A stretch of 61,837 nt of DNA, filler included, from Choristocarpus tenellus KU-1152 (lineage: Eukaryota > Protista > Phaeophyceae): the NCBI GenBank assembly GCA_964200185.2. It is 10 parts of 10 records of this genome, joined end to end, with 100 filler letters (N's around TTAATTAATTAA, not from the genome) between each part and the next. Parts side by side here need not be neighbours in the genome. Positions count along the whole stretch, not along the records: positions 53,168 to 61,837 come from CAXNAD020004459.1; 9 more parts are not named here. One strand, written 5' to 3'. Shown here in pieces: positions 53,528-61,837 of this stretch. The notes under the pieces are model-generated. The model searched no databases. It worked only from the letters and a program-made list of their open reading frames with translations, and was not told the DNA's origin. Position 1 is the first letter of the stretch. Each line of letters starts with the position of its first letter. The position numbers and the translations under genes were made by a program.

Positions 53528-56500
53528 CTTAATCATGAGCATGACCACTGTGCCTTTTGGTATTGCGTGCTCCTTGCCAGCTTTGTCACAGATGGTGGTA
53601 TGCTCCACACACTTCCGCACAACAAGTGGCACAATGCTGTGAGAGAGGGTTGGTACAGATGTATGGGGGGGGGATGGCGATTCAATGCCTGTACACACTT
53701 ATATATGTGTGTTTGTTTGCTGGCAGTCAAAGGTGCAATCAAAGATAGTGAAGGGGGTCGGGCAGAACAGGAGGGTAAGGGAGCAAATAAGAAGGCTCTG
53801 CCTGTAGGTAGCTGAGCTGTCGCAGCTATTGTAATGGAGTGCAACATGGGATTATCATTGGCAAATGTAATGTGTCCAGTCAAAAGCATGCTTTCTGTAG
53901 TGCATACTTCGAAAGTGCGTGGCAGCAAGTCTCACCCCAGCCCTCTACCGCAAGGAAAAAAGAAAAGCATGAGTGTTACACCTCTGCACTGCGAAGCAAT
54001 TAGATGGGAGTTGAATAGTGTCAAGCCTTACCGAATAAAAAAATTCCGACAAAAAGAACACACAAGCATTAAAAAAGGTATACCCTTTTCATGCAACAGT
54101 TCCCAAGGTGTGGGTGGAGGAAAGAACTACACCCATCTACTGGAGCACACTCGAGTGGGAATAGAAACAACCGTGTTTCGAGTGACATTAACTTTCCTGC
54201 CATGTTTTGAGTGACATTTAACTTTCCTGCCATGTTTTGAGTTCATACCTGTACTTGCGCAGGGCCTCCCTCAGGCATGCCTCTGAGAAGCTCAGTGCCC
54301 GAAGAGACTCCACTGATGGCAGAGGGGCTGAGAGAGAAACTCTTGTACCGAACACATCTTCCGACTCTTGCACCACCTGTTTTTTAATTGAATATGTGGA
54401 ATCGAAATCAAGGCTAATACTATGGTGCCGTGAAGAAGTAAAGATATGACACAAACAGAATGGCCTCGATATATTAATATTAGCGTGAATATTCTCAGGA
54501 TCGAATCATCAAATCATTTGAATTAATTCAATGTCTAAGTAACGAACACCATACCCGTACAGAAGGCGTTCGTTCAGTCCCCCCACCCCTCCCCATCTCC
54601 GAAAACCCTCCACAAGAAAGTCTATACGTGTATAGATAAAAGAATGATTCACGCCAAGATCACAGGACTAGATGGCACAAATGAATCAAAAGTAGTGATT
54701 CCACCAATGGTATGGCCTCCACCTTGAATTGGACCAATAGGATGCATTAGCTGTGCCATGGCTCATCAACACAGCAAATTAAGTACAAAGAGATTTACCT
54801 TATCGTGAAGAGTACTATTTTCCACGAGCTCATAGAGCGCCCAATTCAGCATAGACGCAGAGGTTTCATGCCCTGCCAGCACAAACGTCTTCATTTCGTC
54901 CCTTATCTAAGATGTGCATGGAAAAGGATGGGATGTGTTACTAAAGAACATGCTCGGGGAATGGAAGTGAGGATTGTAGATAAGAGTGAATGCTCAAACT
55001 TGCAGATAGGTGTGTCCCCATTGCCCGCTACTTTTCTCGGCAGAGCTCTACAGGGTGTTCTTAAATGTTGGGCAGGTGCGATATGCAATAGAATGCGTTA
55101 TGCATGTAGAGTTAGAGAGTGACTGTAGTGACTCAGTCACGGCATTTGTTCAGTGTCCTATCTATCTAGCCTGCCACCCGGGTAGTGTCTGACCACACCA
55201 AGATGTGGACAGAGAGTGGAAAAAAAAAGAACTGGACTTTTGTCTATATAGATAAGGCAAGTGTTGTGGCCACCAACCGAGGTATTCGCATAGGTGGCAC
55301 ATCCACCACCAACATAATGTTTTCACTCCTTTGATGCACAGATTCAACAAACTGAGGGCAAATCCATAAATAGGGGGAACGGCAGGGGTTTAAGGGGCGA
55401 TTGATTCCTCAACCCGAAAGACCTGGCACCTGTTGATACAGTATTTACTGCCTCTCTTTCTCTCTCTCTTTGGAAACATTGGGTGATACCATCTCAGGAT
55501 GCTAATCCCTCCAACATCCTATTCAGAGTCTTCTGACTGTTTATGGTACACCTGTCGGACAACAGCTGGCCCCCACTCCCCTGGCTCCAGCAACCCCAGA
55601 ACCTTGTCCAAAATATCTGGCTGGCGCTTCTGCCGCAACACTGACCCATTCGCCCCCTTCCCCTCCTGGTTCTCTTGCCCCTGACCTTGCCCCCCCTGCC
55701 CATGGTTGACATCAGTGGATTCGCAAGCCTTTCTCTGTTGCTCGAGATCCCGCTTTGAAGGCTTGACACCGTTGCTGTTGTTGGAGCATGGAGGGGGCCC
55801 GTTGGAGGTGGGGCAGGGGGGATGGGAAGCAGTCTCTGCTTCCCTGTCCGCAGCCTCCTTCAGGTGTAATGCAAGAGGAAAGGAAAGGAATGATGTAAGG
55901 GAGGGGGTGGCAAGGGCACGTGAGTGTATCTGTGTAAGTGTATCTGAGTATGTCAAAACCGAGTGGCTATTGACGCTTCACCCCTCCCAATCAGAAATGA
56001 GCATTACATCAGCAAAACTTCTACCAAAGTTGTCTGAAAGTTTGTGTACAGTGACTAGCTCACAGTGTACAGTGCTACAATGTGCTGATACTTCCCTAAC
56101 CCTAACCCTTCAGGGTACACATACACAGTCAGGACAAAAGAGCGTACCATGACATGCCGTGAATCCTGGGATGGATCTTCAAGTAAGATACACTTTGCAC
56201 CATTGTGTCATTAGCGATCACCTGCCGCAAGAGACTCCAACGCTGTTGAATGACCCTGGTGATGTACTTGTTCAGAACTATGGTATTCCTGCGGTGGGCC
56301 CACCAGGCTGGTAGCAGTGGGCAGAACTCCCGGGCCGGGTTCCACACCCTTATTAAAAAAAAATTTACACATATATTTGAGGGGAGTGGTGTGTGAATTG
56401 GGGAGAGGTTTGGAGTGCGACCACAAGAGTGAGAATAGAAAATAAAGAAAATTCATGATTACTGACAGATGTAACTGTTGGCTTAGTTGACTCTTCAGGA

Positions 56501-59500
56501 CATACTCTGTGAAGTATTTCACACTTGAAATGAACCTCTGAGACAAACCTCCACCCACCCACCCATCCATGGTCAGAGTCAGATGCACAAAGGTAACATA
56601 TTGGTAGAACTAAAAGGAGACTGGAGGCCATCTACACTCTCCTACACCCCCTTGCTGCATCACCTCCACAAAATAAGATCAGTTTCTCATAGACTTGAGG
56701 AATATCGATTTTTTGAGGAGCATTTACACAGCATTTTAGGTGTTACCCTCACCCCCCTCTGAAGTGTGTAGCATAGAGAGGGGTGTCAGACTTCAGACTT
56801 CACTCTTCTGTGATGATCCTCTCCAAGTAGGCGTGTTTCGACAAGAATCCTTCATGATTCATGGGCAGTATATCACACCCGAGTGTCTCTTCTACAAACA
56901 CACTCATATTGTAACAGCCCACTCTGAGGGGGGATTATTCAAGCTCATTGCTTGCTGCACTTCTGGGGTGGGATAAAAATTCTCTGCCCTGAGGCACACA
57001 CTCTTGGCAGGTCTGGCAAAAGAGGATATTTGCAATGTCAACACATGATGAACGACCTACTGCTACTAATACTCCACAAAGACACAATGCAAAAACAAGA
57101 GTTAAATTTGGTCAGCAATACAATATGACCATGCAAGCAACTGTGTACACTATTGGGGGTTAGGGTATACCTACATCGCCAGTAGTAACTTTACACCACC
57201 ACAATGTCTCGTCGGACCCCCATATATTGAGTCAGGGCAAATCGGGTATCTCTAACAGAGTTAGTTGGCTGCCCTTTCCCAAAACGGCTCTACTTATTAC
57301 TTATCATTACACTTCTATTACATCATTACGATTCCTGAAGAGCGCCACCTTTGACTTACAAATAGATTACATTCCTGTTCGTGTTAGTGAAAAAATATTT
57401 TCTACACTGACTACTGTACTGTATATACTACGACAAAAGCCATATTGAGTACATTATTGGTTTCAATTATATACTCTTGATCGATATTTGGTCAACACCA
57501 CCATAGGCTCATCTTCCACACAAGGGGGTGAGACTGGCATGGAGTCTACTGCAATAATTGTGCAGTGAAAAATTTCCCACCTGAAGTGCCCCTCCACAAC
57601 GATTGGCATGTATACTTTGGCAAATGTCTCATCAGACTCCTGTGGGGTCAAACTCATCAGTGCCTCTGAAATAACCTGGCAAGAGAATAGGGGGAGAGGT
57701 GGTACGATATGTACACTATATAGACTGTCAACGTGACAGTTTCAGCGAGGCATCCAATAAAATATGAAAAAAACGCACTTTCGGATGCACACAAAATGTA
57801 ACCCTGTTGGATGTGGTTATGTATTCCCTTTGTCTCAGTCACACACACACATATATATATATATGGTTCATATATGGTTTTTGTATACTAGGTACGTCTC
57901 AATCAAGTGGCTCCATGACTCCAGGAAGGGATAGGATATATACAGTATTATAGCATGCAACAAATAACATACACAGTTAGGAAAAGGTTAGAGAATTTGG
58001 CACACAGCACCACAGCTGAAGTGCTCCGATCCATCTTTACACAACAGTTGGTTATAGAAACTACGGCATTGCCTTGACTCTCTTGTGTGCGCTAACCTGA
58101 AAAAAAAGAAAAGAATCAACAGATAATGGGCAATATTGCTCAAGCGAACTTGAGTATTGCTGGGCAAGGGATGCTACAGAGCGGACAGAGGATGTCAAGT
58201 AATACAGTGCCTAAAGTATAATCATTGTTTCCTCCACTGTACAAAACTGGTGATATATATCCAACTTCTGGTAGGGTAGTGAACGCTTGCCAATATGAGG
58301 GGAACTAGCAGAGCATCAGATGCTGTCACAAACAATAATAATCCTGATCTATCTTTAATCTACTCCACTCCACTACTCACTCATAGGGTGTGTACCGTGT
58401 GCCTTATATACATGCTCTTGGCACATTCCTGCTGTGCTAATCACGCTATAATACCACACAAGTAGTAGTCAAGCTCCATTCTTGACACCACTATGTATCC
58501 ACCCATTGATTGGTGCCAGACAAAAAACTAAACCGGGATCTAACATGCAGAGTCAGTATCCTTGCTAGTAATTCGTGCAACTACATAAAGACATTTATTT
58601 AGGGGTCAGAAATCCACCCTTCTCACCCCCTAAACACCAATCTATCATCCAAGTAAGCGTTTTATGGGGTTGGACCAGTAAGCACCAACCTGCAGTGTGA
58701 GATGCCGTAGTTCCTCTCCAATCTCAATAGTCTCACTTGTCCCCTTGATAGCATCTAGCTTTTCTGAAAGTCGTGCAACTGCTCTCTGGGACATACCAGG
58801 TATCTCTGAGAGGACTTCAATTCGAAAGGCAGCTGACACCTTCAAGCAGAGCAGGTTTAATGGGGCCCTTCAGTATTGTTTCAGTGTGCTATGTTTTTGT
58901 AGGTTTTGTTGGTTGGCTAGTTTGAGGAATGCAAGCAGTGCTGTGCTTCATAATAGTTATGTTTGAGGAATGCAAGCAGTGTTGTGCTTCATAATAGTTA
59001 TGAAGAGGCATGGTGTTACAAAGGAAGACCCTGAGAGGGGAGTATGACTGCTAAGGAGACATGTATGCAATTGTTTGCTCACAATAGAGTGACCAGGAAC
59101 ATGGATGCTCATGGACACACCAGTAACAAACACCAGCAAAACAGTGATCTATACACAAAGAAGATGAAAGATAAAGGGCCAGACAAACACACCGACAAAT
59201 ACAATACAGAAAATATGAGGAAAACCCCCCCCCCACGCAATCTACACACACACAAATTACATATACCTTGTTTCGCTGGCTTCGCCACCTTAGCCCATCA
59301 GAAGTGACAATGCCTGTCCCTAGGAGGGAGAGGAAGGGGCGGTATGTGAACCCCACATCCTTGTGAAAGTTGGTGAACTGGAATTTAAGCAGGAATAGAG
59401 AAGCAGGAGTTGATCGTATGATGAGGCTTAGAAGGTTGTTGAAGCAAGGAGATGTCGCTCAGGTGAGAACAAGAGCGGGAGAAGAAGGTGGAGCGTGCAG

Positions 59501-60525
59501 TCTCAAGATAGAAAGACCTCCGGTTAGCCTTGGAATCAAGAGTTGTGTATCAACAAATATATTTACTGCTTTGTGAGCAGGGCTGCATTGGCAAGCGAGA
59601 ATGGATGTTTACACCGACATCTGCAATGTTTGAATAAACCTCGAATACACCTTACAGTGTTGTAAGTGACACCTTCAGCAACTATCCCACTAGAAAACCT
59701 CAAGATTCTCGGCTCATCTCACTTCCGTCCCAACAGGGTCACAAACACAGTGCACCTTAGTCTTCATTACGTCCTTCATGAGCTGAGGTTCAGCAAGGAC
59801 AACGCACTGCTTTCCAAACATGGAGAAACGATATATAGGGCCATACTTGTGCATCCAGGATGTCATCACGTCCCACGGAGCTCCCTTCCCGAGCTTGAGC
59901 GCCTGACCGAGTATGGGGAGACCCCCCCTACAACAATGAATAGATAAAAACGATGATCTAGGTCAGCTTAATAATGGACCATGCGTAAAGAAAGCAATCG
60001 GCTGGTGTCAGAAAGCAACCAGCTGGTGTCAACAAGCACAGTTCTTCTGAGAGAGGTGGGAACGCTGAGAAAAAGTTGGGACGGTCATTTCCACCCCTTG
60101 GGATGTTGTCTCAAATCAGTTTGGTAGATAAGAAATCAAGGGCAATGTACGCCAAACCCATTTCAGAAAGGTTCGCATAAAGGATTGGCAGAGCCGTATT
60201 GATTCTCTGATCTCCACCCCACAAGACCCATTCAAGCAATATACTCCAACATATTCCAGTCACTAAAGTCCATCATGCAAACTATTATACATCCATCATA
60301 GCCATACCTCACGGCAGGAATGGTACGGGCAAGTTGTAGGCGTTGGTGTGTCTGCTGACACCAATGGATGAAGATGTACCCCACAAAGCAAGCCATACAG
60401 GCCATAACAATTGGTACCCCCAACTTGACTTCATCAGTGTATTCCATTCCAAGCATCTGCATGAGAGTGGCACCAATCCCATCTATCCAGCGCTGGAAAG
60501 ATTCGATGAGCCCCATCAATGACAT
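53528..60525 (-). CDS. Cytochrome P450, first 10 exons; PERF and heme-binding exons lie beyond the contig end
   Basis: Exons 60525-60308 (TM anchor), 59927-59756 (GLPILGQ, KYGPIYR), 59377-59267 (GIVTSDGLRWRSQR, WxxxR), 58839-58690, 57675-57581, 56348-56222, 55857-55552, 54906-54799 (TFVLAGHETS, I-helix), 54376-54249 (EALR, ExxR) and 53636-53528 (IPKGTVV). All phases match. Confidence 0.93.
54179..54242. repeat. ~30-bp tandem duplication at the 5' end of a P450 intron
   Basis: GAGTGACATT(T)AACTTTCCTGCCATGTTTT occurs twice. Confidence 0.85.
58920..59002. repeat. 41-bp tandem duplication (intronic)
   Basis: GTTTGAGGAATGCAAGCAGTG(C/T)TGTGCTTCATAATAGTTAT occurs twice. Confidence 0.88.
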
Positions 60526-60896
60526 GATTGGCGGGGAAACCACGCGCAGCTTAGTATGGCAGTGAGTGGGAGTGATGGTGTGACGATGACAGAAGTCAGA
60601 AGTTTTTCAAAAATTGTTGTGAAGGATTTGGTAAGCCAGAGACCAGGAAGGCGGTAGGTGCATTGTTGTTGAAAGTGGACTTACACTGGTTCCTTGGATT
60701 TGAAGAGTGACTATGGCAAGGTGCGGTTGTTCTAGTGGCTTGACAACCCGAATACCACTTGACTTGCCTGCGATTTATGTTGAAAGTTGTTGAATCGATC
60801 GGTCTAGGTCTACTGTAGGCAATAGCTTTATCAGAAGGCACGGGAGTGACAACAAACGTAACTGTGTGCAATATACTTGTGCAATACGTTCACAAC
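60526..60896. promoter_or_regulatory. Probable bidirectional promoter region (P450 / JmjC gene)
   Basis: Only 371 bp separate the divergent ATGs at 60525 (-) and 60897 (+). Confidence 0.55.
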
Positions 60897-61671
60897 ATGA
60901 AGAGAAAGTCAAATGACGAGATGGGAGCGGGGGACAAGGGAGGTGGGCTCAGGATACACCTCAAACGCTCTTGCAGGGAAAGGAAGCCTAAGCTGCATGA
61001 CAGTGGTCGTGGTCTCACTACAGATGGTGAGACAAAGGATTCACTCCTCTGTAGTGGAGAGGACAGATAGAGACAGCCGAGGAGGATCCAGTTGTTTTAC
61101 AAGGGACAAGAAAAATGTGTGGATATTATGCGTGGTCACCTCGAGGACGGGGAGAGTAGGACAACTTTTCGGTAATGAATATTACCACTACAATAGTAAT
61201 TGGTTGTAGTTCGATGTTTAGCCAACAACTCTTGTTGACAGTAAACATACGTGACAGAATAAAGTTCTCCGTTGGTTTGAGACACGATCGCTCTACCTAG
61301 CGACCTCGTCGTTGCCACCCCTTGGGAAACTGCTGATCACGTTGCTCCCTGGAGACGTATACCACCCACAGTCCCAGTCCTTACCCTTTCCCCACTCCGT
61401 ATCCCGAGACTCTTTTCAATCCCACAACACGTTACGACTTTGCTTGAACCCTCAAACCTCTTCCAAAGAACCCCCCCCTGCTCATTACCCTATTTCCTAT
61501 GCTGTTTGAATTGCAGACTGGCATAAATTCAAGCGTCTCCTGGCTACAAAGTCGTTCGCTCCTCACGATACTCAAAGAATCCGGGGCGGTGAACTAACCG
61601 TGGAGTGGCTGCAGGAAGGAGGTTTCCGAGAGCCAGTAATTGTCACTAACAAAGAGGGTTTGGGTTTAAAG
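60897..61671 (+). CDS. 5' part of a KDM2/KDM7 (Jhd1-like) JmjC histone demethylase
   Basis: Exon 60897-61026 (MKRKSNDE.., basic NLS-like) joins in phase to exon 61517-61671, IRGGELTVEWLQEGGFREPVIVTNKEGLGLK|gtaagg, matching the pre-JmjC motif G..(L/F)(T/N)VE.....F..P......GLG of KDM2/PHF8-type proteins. Confidence 0.75.
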
Positions 61672-61837
61672 GTAAGGATAAGCCTAAAATCAAATCCAGC
61701 AATATGCTGGATCTCAACTTTCGCCAAACCATTGGCTTGATGCGTGTGTTGCTGACACTTGCTTGTTGGAGAGTGATCTGATGCTGTTGCCGTTGGCTCT
61801 TTATGGGGTATTATAGAGCACGTGCACATTGTATGAC

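Overview
This is intron-rich eukaryotic nuclear DNA, not a prokaryotic locus. It is probably from an ochrophyte or brown-alga-like stramenopile, inferred from an ASAF-type bipartite plastid presequence, scattered TTAGGG motifs and the gene architecture. The window is a pseudo-scaffold of ten separate contigs joined by an artificial 100-nt spacer (44 N + TTAATTAATTAA + 44 N), so no neighbourhood can be inferred across spacers. Most ORFs in the supplied track are spurious or single exons. Manual splicing with phase-consistent GT/GC-AG junctions gives: a 6-exon fragment with chromo-like, Cys-rich and putative degenerate amino-methyltransferase-like regions; a GDSL/SGNH lipase; a plastid-targeted cofactor-dependent phosphoglycerate mutase; a small type-I membrane protein head-to-head with an 84-aa Zn-ribbon/CaaX microprotein; part of a methionyl-tRNA synthetase; an RRM (TRMT2A-like) gene head-to-head with an AUH-like enoyl-CoA hydratase; and a cytochrome P450 head-to-head with a KDM2/KDM7-like JmjC gene. 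Mobile DNA comprises two Ty1/copia relics (one with PPT and 3' LTR), a decayed intron-containing PIF/Harbinger transposase, a poly-G-armed MITE family with 3-bp TSDs and a dispersed repeat family. No CRISPR array, rRNA or tRNA was recognised. All family assignments are by-eye motif recognition; no database search was run.
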